Of a DNA stretch of 64,000 nucleotides, positions 22,162 to 33,902 are shown in pieces. The position numbers and the translations under genes are program-made. Location: positions 5,440 to 69,439 of the forward strand of contig JBBQJP010000021.1 in the NCBI GenBank assembly GCA_038326025.1, written 5' to 3'. Every line of letters starts with the position of its first letter. The stretch's first letter is position 1. The stretch comes from Burkholderiales bacterium (lineage in GTDB: Bacteria > Pseudomonadota > Gammaproteobacteria > Burkholderiales > Burkholderiaceae_C). The notes beneath the pieces were generated by a model, which saw nothing but the letters and a program-made list of their open reading frames with translations, searched no databases and had not been told where the DNA came from.

Positions 22162-23663
22162 ATGACCCGACCCGATACCGACCTGCATGACCTGAGCCTG
22201 GTGGCGCTGACCGCGTTATTACGCCAGCGCAAGGTTTCCGCCGTTGACACCGCACAACATTTCCTGGCCCGCGCCAAAGCCCACGACGCGCTGGGCGCCT
22301 TTGTGGCGCGCGACGACGCGGTGACCCTGGCCCAGGCGCGCGCCGCCGACGAGCGGCTCGCCAACGGCAGCGCCGGCGCACTCGAAGGCGTACCGCTGGC
22401 TCACAAGGACATTTTTGTGACGCGCGACTTTGTCAGCACTGCGGGCTCACGCATGTTGCGCGACTACCGCTCGCCGTTCGATGCCACCGTCGTGACCCGG
22501 CTGGCCGAGCAGGGTGCCGTGACACTGGGCAAGCTCAATTGCGACGAGTTCGCAATGGGATCGGCGAATGAAAATTCAGCCGTCGCGTCGGTGGGCCACA
22601 ACAAACCCGAACCGGTGCGCAACCCGTGGAACCTGGACCATATTCCCGGCGGCTCGTCCGGCGCCAGCGCGGTTGCCGTGGCGGCGCGCCTGATGCCCGC
22701 GAGCACCGGCACTGACACCGGTGGCTCGATCCGTCAGCCGGCCTCGTTTTGCGGTGTGACCGGAATCAAACCCACCTACGGCCGGGCATCGCGTTACGGC
22801 ATGATCGCCTTCGCGTCCAGCCTGGATCAGGCCGGCCCGATGGCGCGCAGTGCCGAGGACTGCGCCGTGCTGCTCAGCCACATGTGTGGCCCCGATCTGG
22901 ACCGCGACTCGACCTCGCTCGATGTGCCAATTGAAGACTTCACCCGTTCGCTTGGTGACTCGCTCAAGGGACTGCGCATCGGCGTGCCGGCCGAGTTCTT
23001 CGGCCCCGGCGTGTCTGACGACGTGCGCGCCGCGGTCGAAGCCGCACTGGCGCAATACGAGAAGCTGGGCGCGGTACGGGTGCCGGTGTCGCTGCCGCGC
23101 ACCGAACTGTCGATTCCGGTGTACTACATCATTGCGCCGGCCGAGGCCTCAAGCAACCTGAGCCGCTTCGACGGTGTGAAGTTCGGCCATCGCGCGGCGC
23201 AATACACAGACCTGGCCGACATGTACCGCAAGACCCGCAGCGAAGGTTTCGGCGACGAGGTCAAGCGCCGCATCATGATCGGTACCTACGTGTTGTCGCA
23301 TGGTTATTACGACGCCTACTACCTGCAGGCGCAGAAGATCCGGCGCATGTTGTCCGACGATTTCCAGCAGGCCTTCAAAGACTGCGACGTGATTGCCGGA
23401 CCGGTCGCGCCCAGCGTGGCCTGGCGCATAGGCGAAAAAAGCCAGGACCCACTGGCCAACTATCTGGCCGACATCTTCACCCTGCCGGCGTCACTGGCCG
23501 GCCTGCCCGGCATGAGTGTGCCGGCCGGCTTTGACGCCGCAGGTTTGCCGATCGGCGTGCAACTGATCGGCAACTACCTGCAGGAAAGCCGACTGCTGAA
23601 CATGGCGCACCAGTTCCAGCTGGCCACCGATTTCCATACCCGCAAGCCCCAGGGGATCCGCAC

Positions 23664-23667
<4 letters not shown>
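22162..23667 (+). CDS. gatA: Asp-tRNA(Asn)/Glu-tRNA(Gln) amidotransferase subunit A
   Basis: 501 aa. Amidase signature ([13 protein letters not shown]...[13 protein letters not shown]). Confidence 0.95.
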
Positions 23668-25145
<1,478 letters not shown>

Positions 25146-25220
25146 TGACGCGGTCGGGTGCGCAGACAGAAGTGTTGCCAGCAACATGGATCGCTGGCGC
25201 ATCGCACCCAAACCAAGCCC

Positions 25221-25322
25221 GCAGAATCAGGACGGTGCGGCGCTCGGCGTAGCGAAATAAAGAGGGAGGCCGAAGGCCGGATGACATTCGCGGAGCCGAG
25301 TGCCCCACCGTCCTGATTCCGC
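25221..25322. repeat. imperfect 28-bp inverted repeat forming a ~100-nt hairpin between convergent genes
   Basis: Left arm 25221-25248 (GCAGAATCAGGACGGTGCGGCGCTCGGC) pairs with right arm 25295-25322 at 25 of 28 positions. An inner GGCC-GAA-GGCC hairpin is present. Confidence 0.4.
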
Positions 25323-25374
25323 CACAGGCTGACGCTTATTCGCCCGAGACTTCCGATAAGAAGAGCCAGCCGCC

Positions 25375-27657
25375 TCAGTCCTGCAACACCACCGGCGCCT
25401 GCGTCGCATCCTGCGCCAGCACCGAACCGATTACGGCAGCGTATTCGTAACCCGCCGTTTGCAGCGCAGCAAGACAGTCCTGTGCCCGGTCCGCCGGCAC
25501 ACTCGCAAGCAAACCGCCGGCTGTCTGCGGATCAAACAACAGCGGATAACGCGGGTGCTGCACAAAGACCTCCTGATTGCGCAGCGCCCGGCGCAGCCGC
25601 ACATTGGACGCCTGCAACGAGCTGACGATGCCTTGCGCCACACACTCCTGCGCGCCATCGAGTAGCGGCAAAGCGGACAGGAAAATTTGCGCATTCACGC
25701 CCGACGGGCCCGTCATCTCGACCAGGTGACCCAGCAACCCGAAACCGGTCAGGTCGGTGCAGGCGCTTGCACCAAACGCCATCAGCACCTGCGCGCCGTC
25801 ACGATTCGACTGCCGCATGCTGTCCAGCGCTGCCTGCACCCAGCGCCCGCGCGCGACCATTCGGGCATGGGCAGCAAGCAAGGTGCCAGTGCCAATCGGC
25901 TTGGTCAGGATCAGCACATCGCCCGTGCGCATGCCGCTCTTGCGCATCACGCCCGCAAGCGACGCATCCACCAGGCCGTTGACGGCAAACCCCAGAGCCA
26001 GCTCGCTGCCCTCGCCGGTGTGGCCACCGACCAGCGCGCAGCCGGCCGCGTTGAGCACCTCGACGGCGCCGGTCATCATCTGTGTCAGCAGATCCTCGAC
26101 CTTGCCGTCCAGCCCAGGCGGCACCGTGGCGATCGCTGTCGCAGTCTGCGGCAACGCACCCATCGCGAAGATATCTCCCAGCGCATGATTGGCCGCGATC
26201 TGCCCGAACACGTAGGGGTCGTCGATGAAGGCACGGAAAAAGTCCACCGAGTGCACCATTGCCATGCCGGTCGGCACCGACACGATCGCCGCGTCGTCCG
26301 GTGCATGCAGGCCGATCAGCACGTCATCACGTGGCACCGGCGCCAGCGCGGACAAGGCGCGCGACAGCACCGTGGAACCGACCTTGGCGCCGCAGCCGCC
26401 ACAGCGCATCGCGACAGCGGATATGGCCTGCAGAGACTCCTGCTCCGTCAACGGCAAAGCAGTCGCTGCGGGCGCGGGCGCTGCACGCGAGGTCATGGGC
26501 GCAAACTCGGAAAAGCGGCGCATGAAGCGGCGGTCGATCCAGTCCTTCCAGCGCCAGACCCAGGCACCGGCAAACGACAACCGTCCGCGCGAGGCCACGG
26601 CATATTTGTCGCCGGTGCTGATCAGCGCCAGCCAGTGTCGTTGTGGTCGATACGCTGCCAAGGGTTGTTCGGCCAGCGCCAGGCGCAGATTGCGCGCCAG
26701 GGGCCGCGACATGCGCACGGCAAACACCCCCGCTTTCTCCAGCCGATAGTTTTCCATGCTGGCCACGTCGCCGGCGGCGAACACCCGCGCATCGGTGATC
26801 GACTGCAAGGCGTCGTTGACGCGGATGAAGCCGCGATCATCCAGCGCCAGACCGGTTGCGCCCAACCACGGGGCACCACCGGCCTGGGTGACCCAGACGA
26901 TCTCGTCCGCGTCAAATTTGCGCCCGTCTGCGGTGTGCAAGGACCCGGAAAACACTTGATCTACAGCGGCGTTCTCGTGCACCCACACGCCACGTTGGCG
27001 CAAAACATCCGCATACCGGTTTTGCACCTTGCGGTTGTGCGTGGGCAGGATCGTCGCGTCGGCCGTGACCAGTTGAAACACCAGCTGGCCCGGGTCGCGC
27101 CCGAGGTCGCGCATCAGTTGGCGCAGACGGAATTCCATGGCCAGTGTCAACTCGACGCCACCGGCACCGCCACCAACGACGGCAATGCTCATGCCGTTCG
27201 GATGTTCGCGCACGCGCTCTAGCAGGGCGAGCCAGCGCTGATTGAAACGGTGGATCGGCTTGACCGCCACCACATGCGCCTGCGCTCCCGGCACCATGTC
27301 CATCTGCGGTGTGGAGCCGATGTTGATCGACACCAGGTCATACGGAATTGGCGGGCGGTCGCGCAGCAGCAGGCGCCGCTGGGTGCGATCGATGCCGGTG
27401 ACTTCGGCGCGGATGAAGCGCGCTGCGGCGAACACGCAGAGCCGACTGAGGTCAATGTGCACCTCGTCGTATTCGTAGTGCCCCGCCACATAACCCGGCA
27501 ACATGCCCGAGTACGGGGTATGCGCGTCAGTGCAGATCAGCGTGATGCGCACACCCGGAACCGGCCGCATCGCAAAGTCGCGCAACACTCCGACATGACT
27601 GTGGCCGCCACCGACCAACACGACATCGCGCAGAACCGGTTGACGGGCGTCGTGCAC
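25375..27657 (-). CDS. selD: fusion protein: FAD/NAD(P)-binding pyridine nucleotide-disulfide oxidoreductase (N-terminal) + selenide, water dikinase SelD (C-terminal)
   Basis: 760 aa, GTG start. N-terminal VVLVGGGHSHVG Rossmann motif and a second GGGAGGVE. C-terminal half has the SelD signature MRCGGCGAKVG and AIR-synthase-like domains. Confidence 0.85.
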   Translation of the reverse strand: MHDARQPVLRDVVLVGGGHSHVGVLRDFAMRPVPGVRITLICTDAHTPYSGMLPGYVAGHYEYDEVHIDLSRLCVFAAARFIRAEVTGIDRTQRRLLLRDRPPIPYDLVSINIGSTPQMDMVPGAQAHVVAVKPIHRFNQRWLALLERVREHPNGMSIAVVGGGAGGVELTLAMEFRLRQLMRDLGRDPGQLVFQLVTADATILPTHNRKVQNRYADVLRQRGVWVHENAAVDQVFSGSLHTADGRKFDADEIVWVTQAGGAPWLGATGLALDDRGFIRVNDALQSITDARVFAAGDVASMENYRLEKAGVFAVRMSRPLARNLRLALAEQPLAAYRPQRHWLALISTGDKYAVASRGRLSFAGAWVWRWKDWIDRRFMRRFSEFAPMTSRAAPAPAATALPLTEQESLQAISAVAMRCGGCGAKVGSTVLSRALSALAPVPRDDVLIGLHAPDDAAIVSVPTGMAMVHSVDFFRAFIDDPYVFGQIAANHALGDIFAMGALPQTATAIATVPPGLDGKVEDLLTQMMTGAVEVLNAAGCALVGGHTGEGSELALGFAVNGLVDASLAGVMRKSGMRTGDVLILTKPIGTGTLLAAHARMVARGRWVQAALDSMRQSNRDGAQVLMAFGASACTDLTGFGLLGHLVEMTGPSGVNAQIFLSALPLLDGAQECVAQGIVSSLQASNVRLRRALRNQEVFVQHPRYPLLFDPQTAGGLLASVPADRAQDCLAALQTAGYEYAAVIGSVLAQDATQAPVVLQD

Positions 27658-28355
27658 TAGGGCCTGTTACCTGCGCCGGACAGGCGCTCCTGGGCCCGCC
27701 ACAGTTCGCGCAGCCGCGCCAGCTCCTCGTCAAAGCGCGCATTGATACGTTGGCGCTCGCCTTCCTGCGCCTGGATGAACCGCTCCTGCGACTCCATGTT
27801 CAGGCGCACCTGCTCGATCTGGCGGCGCAACAATGGCGGCGCCTTGTTGACGTCTCCCTGATAGAACTCCAGCTCAGCGGTGTTCTTCTTGCGTTCGCCT
27901 TGCAATGATTCGATGCGCTTGCGCGCCGCCTCCACCACATCGGCAACCTGTGCCAACGCTTGGGCCCGTTCCTTGTCGTGCACATCCCGCGACGGGTAAC
28001 GAATCAGCAATGCACGTTCGCGTCTGCGCTCGTCGAGCGCCGCCGCCTTTTCTTCTTCCTCGGCCCTGCGTTTCGCTTCTGCTTCGGCGCGCTCCTGCGC
28101 CGTCAATGTCGGGCCGACACGGGCCCGCACCGTGCCACTGGGGTTGAGCACAGTCTGCTCACGGTCGCTGCACTGCGCGATTGGACGGTCTGACCGCAGC
28201 TTGCGGCCATTGGCGTCGGTGCAGGAGTAGATACCATTGATCGGCTGCTGACCCTGCTGGGCGGCCGCATGACCCGCCGTCAGCAAGACGAGGGCGACGC
28301 ACGCGCCGATCGACAGCCATCCTGGCAGCAATCGTCGGTTCAATACGGTTTTCAT
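27657..28355 (-). CDS. DUF4124-like secreted protein with charged coiled-coil C-terminus
   Basis: ORF 27657..28487. ATG at 28355 (MKTVLNRRLLPGWLSIGACVALVLL). INGIYSCTDANGRKLRSDRPI motif. ATGA overlap with the pyrE stop. Confidence 0.55.
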   Translation of the reverse strand: MKTVLNRRLLPGWLSIGACVALVLLTAGHAAAQQGQQPINGIYSCTDANGRKLRSDRPIAQCSDREQTVLNPSGTVRARVGPTLTAQERAEAEAKRRAEEEEKAAALDERRRERALLIRYPSRDVHDKERAQALAQVADVVEAARKRIESLQGERKKNTAELEFYQGDVNKAPPLLRRQIEQVRLNMESQERFIQAQEGERQRINARFDEELARLRELWRAQERLSGAGNRP

Positions 28356-29086
28356 CGCACCACAGCCTCGTCGTTGACGCCGTAACGTTCCCGGTACGCC
28401 ATCACCCGCGCATGGTCGGCTGCCAGGCCTTCGCCGCTTTGCTGCGCCAGGTATTGCAGCAGATCCGACAAGCGGGCCACGCTGCACACCTGGAGTCCGA
28501 GTTGGTCGCGCACATATTGCACGGCACTGTGTGGGCTGTCATTGCCGTTCTCGGTGGCCATTTCCTGACGATCGAGCGCAATCGCCACCGCATGTGCAGT
28601 GGCCCCGGCAGCACGGATGATGGCGATCGACTCGCGTACCGCCGTACCGGCCGACATGACATCGTCGACGATCAGCACCCGCCCCTTGAGCGGCGCACCG
28701 ACCAGGCTGCCGCCTTCGCCGTGGTCTTTTGCTTCCTTGCGGTTATAGGCAAAGGGCACGTTGCGCCCGAGTCGCGCCAACTCGATCGCCAGGGCGGCCC
28801 CGAGCGGAATCCCCTTGTAGGCCGGCCCGAACACCATGTCGAACTCGATGCCGCTGGCCAGCAAACTGCGGGCATAGAATTGCGCCAGAAGCCCGAGCTT
28901 GGCGCCATCGTCGAACAGCCCCGCATTGAAAAAGTAGGGACTCAAACGTCCGGCCTTGGTCTTGAACTCGCCAAAACGCAACACGCCGGCCTGGACCGCG
29001 AACTGGACAAACTCCAGCGCCAGCGGATCGCGGCCCGGCAAGGCCTGCGTGCGCTGACTATCGCTTGTGCCCATTACTTCCGACAT
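28352..29086 (-). CDS. pyrE: orotate phosphoribosyltransferase
   Basis: ORF 28352..29227. ATG at 29086 preceded by AAGGAG. PRPP-binding loop VLIVDDVMSAGTA. Confidence 0.9.
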   Translation of the reverse strand: MSEVMGTSDSQRTQALPGRDPLALEFVQFAVQAGVLRFGEFKTKAGRLSPYFFNAGLFDDGAKLGLLAQFYARSLLASGIEFDMVFGPAYKGIPLGAALAIELARLGRNVPFAYNRKEAKDHGEGGSLVGAPLKGRVLIVDDVMSAGTAVRESIAIIRAAGATAHAVAIALDRQEMATENGNDSPHSAVQYVRDQLGLQVCSVARLSDLLQYLAQQSGEGLAADHARVMAYRERYGVNDEAVVR

Positions 29087-29888
29087 GGAGTCTCCTTTGT
29101 TCCAATTGACCAGCCTGAACCTCAACGGCATCCGCTCCGCCACCAGCAAAGGACTTGAATCCTGGCTGGTAAAAACCAGGCCCGATTGTATTTGCGTGCA
29201 GGAAGTCAAAGCGCAAGCATCTGACATATCCGGTAAGTTTGAGCAACTCGCCGGGTTGGACGGTCATTTCCACTTTGCCGAGAAGAAGGGATATTCCGGT
29301 GTCGGCGTCTACACCCGCAAAGAACCCAGCGACGTAGTGGTCGGTTTTGGCGCGCCGGAATTCGACGCCGAAGGCCGATATGTCGAATTGCGCTTCGATA
29401 CGCCCGCCCGCAAACTGTCGATCATCAGCTGCTACTTCCCCAGCGGTTCGTCCGGCGAGGAGCGCCAGTTGGCAAAATTCCGTTTTCTGGATCTTCTCTA
29501 TCTTTACCTGGACAAGCTCAAGAAAAAGCGCGAACTGATCCTGTGCGGCGACGTCAACATTGCGCACAAGGAAATCGACCTGAAAAATTGGAAAAGCAAC
29601 CAGAAGAACTCCGGCTTCACGCCCGAGGAACGCGCCTGGATGACCAAGTTTCTCGATCAGGCGAAGATGGTCGACGTCTACCGCCAGCTGCATCCCGAAA
29701 CGACTGGCGAGGCCTATACCTGGTGGAGCAACCGCGGCCAGGCGTATGCAAACAACGTCGGGTGGCGGCTGGACTACCACCTGGCGACGCCCGGCCTTGC
29801 GGCATTGGCAAGACGGGCGTCGATCTACAAGGACGAGAAGTTTTCGGATCATGCGCCGCTGACGATCAAGTACGACTTCAGGCTTTGA
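29085..29888 (+). CDS. xthA: exodeoxyribonuclease III
   Basis: ORF 29067..29888. TSLNLNGIRSA N-terminal motif and C-terminal SDHAPL catalytic His motif. Exact start is uncertain (ATG 29085, or TTG 29097 five nt after GGAG). Confidence 0.9.
   Translation: MESPLFQLTSLNLNGIRSATSKGLESWLVKTRPDCICVQEVKAQASDISGKFEQLAGLDGHFHFAEKKGYSGVGVYTRKEPSDVVVGFGAPEFDAEGRYVELRFDTPARKLSIISCYFPSGSSGEERQLAKFRFLDLLYLYLDKLKKKRELILCGDVNIAHKEIDLKNWKSNQKNSGFTPEERAWMTKFLDQAKMVDVYRQLHPETTGEAYTWWSNRGQAYANNVGWRLDYHLATPGLAALARRASIYKDEKFSDHAPLTIKYDFRL
29774..29888 (+). repeat. xthA 3'-terminal 115-bp repeat, copy 0 (in the intact gene; attL-like)
   Basis: CTACCACCTGG...TGA encoding YHLATPGLAALARRASIYKDEKFSDHAPLTIKYDFRL-stop. 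Four further direct copies lie downstream. Confidence 0.9.
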
Positions 29889-30337
29889 GTTTGCGTTTCG
29901 AGGGCAGGGGTTGTTTAGGTCTATGCGATACCTGCCCGCACGACACCGAGGTACGACGCATGGCGCAGGCTTGAGGGCAGGTGTTGGACAAATCTAAACA
30001 GCAGCGACATCAACGGGCCTGCAGGCGGTGTCGACAAACGCTTCAGTGTAGAGACCTCGTGCGCGGGAGCACCCCCGTGGCCGTCAGTGGCAGGTCCCAT
30101 CCGTGGCAAGACCCGGTCGCGGCGGTGGCATCCCGCATACGGCAGCGGGTCGTTTTGCAACTGCACCGAGCAGCGGTCATGGACCACCAACCCAGGGCAT
30201 CTGTCGCGGGCGCCGGATCACCACGCCGCTTGCGGCTCGATTAGCTAGCGCTCGCGGCCACCCACCACGTCCCCAAGGAGTAGCGTTTCGTCTGCCCTGG
30301 CTCTTCATCACGACGCCAACACCGAAAGCACTCTTCC

Positions 30338-30832
30338 ATGCGCAGCTACCCCCACAACAGCCCCGAAGCCGCTGCACGCATCGTCGCGCTGGTTCTCATC
30401 TCCGACGGTTATGTGTGCAGCTCAAAGTTCGACATCCTCAGGCAGATGGGTGCCGAGCGTGAGCTCGGTCTGGAGCCCTATCTCCTGCCGCACATCGTTC
30501 ACATGGTGTGCGAAGAACTGCTGCTGGGTGGGTACGAGACAGGTTGGCTCATGGGCAACGTCGATGACAGCGCCTTGGCGTCATTGATGGCCGAAATCTC
30601 AGATCCTGCGCCGCAGAGGACTGTCTTGCGTCTGTCCTTGGCCGCCGCGCGAGCAGACGGCCACCTGGCCGACGGCGAAGCCATTGTCATGGAGGCCGCC
30701 CGGCACCATTGGCAGCTGTTCGATGGTGCGAAGTCGAGCCTGCTGGCGACACGCCGCCACGCCGCTTGGCCGAATCCGCTCAAGCGCATTCAGGGGCGCG
30801 CTGCAGCCACCACCTGCAGCACCAGCGGGTGA
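30338..30832 (+). CDS. TerB-like domain protein (tentative)
   Basis: 164 aa. MRSYPHNSPEAAARIVALVLISDGYV...AAARADGHLADGEAIVME shows the two ADG-x-E repeats typical of TerB-like folds. Paralog at 61588..61998. Confidence 0.5.
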   Translation: MRSYPHNSPEAAARIVALVLISDGYVCSSKFDILRQMGAERELGLEPYLLPHIVHMVCEELLLGGYETGWLMGNVDDSALASLMAEISDPAPQRTVLRLSLAAARADGHLADGEAIVMEAARHHWQLFDGAKSSLLATRRHAAWPNPLKRIQGRAAATTCSTSG

Positions 30833-31671
30833 TGCTGCCCGCGGCGCGAGCGAATGGCGTGGATCTCTTCTCGCACACCGTCGCAAGGACCCAAAAGTCG
30901 CAGGCCTCGTATCAGCGCCACGTCCGCTGCGCCAAAGCGGCTAACCGGAAACACGCCAAGGCCTCGGGCAGCGAATACGGCAAGCAAAGCACTGTCCTCG
31001 AACTCTCCGACGATGTGCGGCCGCAGTCCCTGCGCATCGAACCAGCGGTCCAGACGGGGCCGAAGCGCCGAGTGTCCCGTAGGAAGCAGCACGGGCAGTC
31101 TTGCCAGCGACTGCGGAAACCCCGCCACTGCGGCCTTGTGCACCAGGGCCGAGGGCCCGTACCAGTCGACCGGCGACTCGACCAGCCGTTCACTCGTCAA
31201 GCGCAGATTCGGGTTGTGGGGTGCAGGTTGGCCCGCCAAAACCAGATCCAGATGATGCAGCGCCAGTTCAGCCAGCAGTTGCTCGAACTCGCCCTCATGG
31301 CAGAGCAGCCGCAGCGTCGGCGTCGCTAAGACCGGCGACAGCAGCGCGTGCGCCGCCAGCTTTGAGATTCCGTCGGACAGTCCAACTGCCAAGCGTGCGA
31401 CTTTGCCACTGGCGGCCTCGCGAACCTCTTCCGGAATGAGCTGCCCCAGCTGATAAATCTCTTCAGCCCGAGCAAAGGCGGCCTGGCCCGCCTCGGTCAT
31501 TGCAACGCCGCGGCCAGCCGGCTTGAGCAACTGGTGGCCCAACGCCTTCTCGAGTTCCCGGACCTGCGCGCTAATGGTCTGGACCGCCATGCCCAGCCGT
31601 TCAGCCGCTCGGGCGAAGCCGCCTTCTTTGGTGACGACCCAGAAATAGTAAAGATGGCGGTAGTTGAGCAT
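30790..31671 (-). CDS. LysR-family transcriptional regulator (NhaR-like)
   Basis: ORF 30790..31677. ATG at 31671 (MLNYRHLYYFWVVTKEGGFARAAERLGMAVQTISAQVRELE), an NhaR-type wHTH. Confidence 0.85.
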   Translation of the reverse strand: MLNYRHLYYFWVVTKEGGFARAAERLGMAVQTISAQVRELEKALGHQLLKPAGRGVAMTEAGQAAFARAEEIYQLGQLIPEEVREAASGKVARLAVGLSDGISKLAAHALLSPVLATPTLRLLCHEGEFEQLLAELALHHLDLVLAGQPAPHNPNLRLTSERLVESPVDWYGPSALVHKAAVAGFPQSLARLPVLLPTGHSALRPRLDRWFDAQGLRPHIVGEFEDSALLAVFAARGLGVFPVSRFGAADVALIRGLRLLGPCDGVREEIHAIRSRRGQHHPLVLQVVAAARP

Positions 31672-31783
31672 GACCACTCCACATCGGAAAAGACGAAGTA
31701 CGAGTCTTGCTGGTACTGGTTTATTCGAATCTCAAAAAGGGTAAGACTAGCATCCTTTCCTATTCACTAAAGAGGCATCGACC

Positions 31784-32200
31784 ATGTTCTACGCACTCAG
31801 CTGGTTTGTCGTGCTCGGAGTTCTGGCGCTTTGGTCGATGGGAGCCTGGGCGTTTCATGCCGTTGCCGTGTGGGCAGTCTCGAATGCCGGCTCGTTGTCA
31901 GGCGCTGCATCGGGTATTGCGGGCCTTCGTCTGCCTGATTGGCTGGCCCCCTGGGTGCCGCCGGAGTTGGTGCAGGCAGTAACTTCACTGCTTTCAGGCT
32001 TGGCGCCGGTTGTCGAGGGCCTGCTTCAGGCCGTGCCGGCCCTGGCTGGCGGTCTGAGCGTGGCGACCTGGGTGATCTGGGGCCTCGGCAGCGTACTGCT
32101 TATTCTGGTGGGTGCGGGACTGCACCTGCTCATTGCGATGGGGCGCCGTCGCGGTGGCGGCGGCACCGGTACCCAGCTGCGGCCGCCGGCGGCCGCATGA
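31784..32200 (+). CDS. hypothetical small membrane protein
   Basis: 138 aa, 3-4 hydrophobic spans. Divergent from the LysR gene. No recognisable family. Confidence 0.45.
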   Translation: MFYALSWFVVLGVLALWSMGAWAFHAVAVWAVSNAGSLSGAASGIAGLRLPDWLAPWVPPELVQAVTSLLSGLAPVVEGLLQAVPALAGGLSVATWVIWGLGSVLLILVGAGLHLLIAMGRRRGGGGTGTQLRPPAAA

Positions 32201-32402
32201 CGGGCAGCCGCGACCACGGGGCAGCACGCGAGTTGGGCCTTGTGACGGCCCCGCGGGCGGGACAGCTGCGCCCGGCGATACTGCGCCGAGTTCCTCCGCG
32301 CCCGCGTATGACGGTGAAACTGGCACTCAAGCCGACTGTTGCGTGTCCCAGTTGGCGTTGCTGTCTGCGTCGGGCAGATTTTCATCGCTGCAGTGCCCGA
32401 TC

Positions 32403-33485
32403 ATGAACATACTCATTTTTCTTGGTGGTCTGATGCTGCTGGTCATCGGGGCCAACGTGCTCGTTCGCGGCGCGTCCAAACTGGCCCTGTCGTTCGGCAT
32501 CAGCCCGCTCGTCGTCGGGCTCACCATCGTCGCTCTTGGCACCAGCGCGCCCGAGATCGCAGTGAGTGTCGGTGCCGTGCTCGACGGCAAGACCGACATC
32601 GCCATCGGCAACGTGATGGGCAGCAACATCTTCAATGTGCTGTTCATCCTGGGTCTCAGCGCGCTGATCGCGCCGCTGGTTGTCAACATCCAGCTGATCC
32701 GGCAGGAAGTGCCGATCATGATCGGTGCCAGCCTGCTGCTGCTGGCGCTGGGGCTGGACGGTCGACTGTCGTTCTTCGACGGTGGAATTCTCTTTGTGCT
32801 GCTCGTGTCGTACACGGTGTTCCTCGTCGTGCAGTCGCGCCGCGAAACACAGGCCGCCAAGGATGAGTACGCGCAAGAGATCCAGCCGGCCGAAGCAGGC
32901 GCTTGGGACGACCGGCTGCCCGTACAGCTGCTGCTCATCGGTGCCGGCCTGGCGGCTCTGGTCTTCGGGTCCGAGTACCTGGTGCAGGCCTCAGTGCACT
33001 TCGCCAGGGCGTTGGGCGTGAGCGACCTGATCATCGGCCTGACCGTCGTTGCCGCTGGTACGAGCATGCCCGAAGTCGCCACCAGCATCACCGCCGCCAT
33101 CAAGGGCGAGCGCGACATCGCGGTGGGGAACGTGGTCGGCAGCAACACCTTCAACATCCTCGGCTGCCTGGGCTTGTCGGGCCTGGTGTCGGGTGACCTC
33201 GGCCTTGCCATGGCGCCGTCGCTGCTGGCCTTCGATATCTGGGTCATGCTGGCCGTGGCGCTGGCTTGCCTGCCGGTTTTCATCACAGGCCGAGAGATTG
33301 CGCGCTGGGAAGGCGGCGTCTTTCTTGGGTACTACGTCGCGTACGTGACTTACCTGATCCTGGCCGCGCAGCAGCACGACGCTCTGCAGGCCTTCTCTGC
33401 CGTGATGCTCGGCTTCGTCGTGCCGCTGACCGTGGTGACACTGGTGGTGGTGATCCGCCGTACGGCCGCGGCCGGCGCGCCGTGA
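32403..33485 (+). CDS. calcium/sodium (CaCA family, YrbG-like) antiporter
   Basis: ORF 32112..33485. ATG at 32403 (MNILIFLGGLMLLVIGANVLVRGA). Two alpha-repeats: GLTIVALGTSAPE...GNVMGSNIFN and GLTVVAAGTSMPE...GNVVGSNTFN. Confidence 0.85.
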   Translation: MNILIFLGGLMLLVIGANVLVRGASKLALSFGISPLVVGLTIVALGTSAPEIAVSVGAVLDGKTDIAIGNVMGSNIFNVLFILGLSALIAPLVVNIQLIRQEVPIMIGASLLLLALGLDGRLSFFDGGILFVLLVSYTVFLVVQSRRETQAAKDEYAQEIQPAEAGAWDDRLPVQLLLIGAGLAALVFGSEYLVQASVHFARALGVSDLIIGLTVVAAGTSMPEVATSITAAIKGERDIAVGNVVGSNTFNILGCLGLSGLVSGDLGLAMAPSLLAFDIWVMLAVALACLPVFITGREIARWEGGVFLGYYVAYVTYLILAAQQHDALQAFSAVMLGFVVPLTVVTLVVVIRRTAAAGAP

Positions 33486-33902
33486 GTCGATGAGCGCCCC
33501 CGACAGACTGCTCGATCCCATCCGTGCCTTGCAGGCAGGCGATGGAGAGGGGTGCCCATCGCGACGTAGCAGCTGGACCGCCAAGCGCACACCCAACTCG
33601 CCGGTGAACGACCGATCCACATCGCCGCCGCGGCCGGTAGCGTTTTCGTGCCGCTTTGCAAAATGCGCGGGCAGCCCGATCTCGTCGAGGCAACATGAGA
33701 GAGTCCATCGTGCAGCGGCTGCGCGAGGCGGCTGCGACCTTGCCTTCGGAGCGGGTGTCTGTGCACGCCCTGGGGCTGTCGGAGGCGAGGCTGGCGAAGG
33801 TGGGGCTGGCGATCGGCGTCACCGCAGGCGTGATGCCGATGGCATGGGCCTGGGGCAGTGAGTGGCTCCTGGGCTGGCTTTCAATATGAACGGAATTCTC
33901 AA

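Noticed and set aside
33656-33889. 77-aa plus-strand ORF (or its internal start MRESIVQRL) upstream of the CopD-like gene.
   Set aside because: Well placed, ending 14 nt before the next start, but there is no family match or convincing RBS. It is left uncalled.
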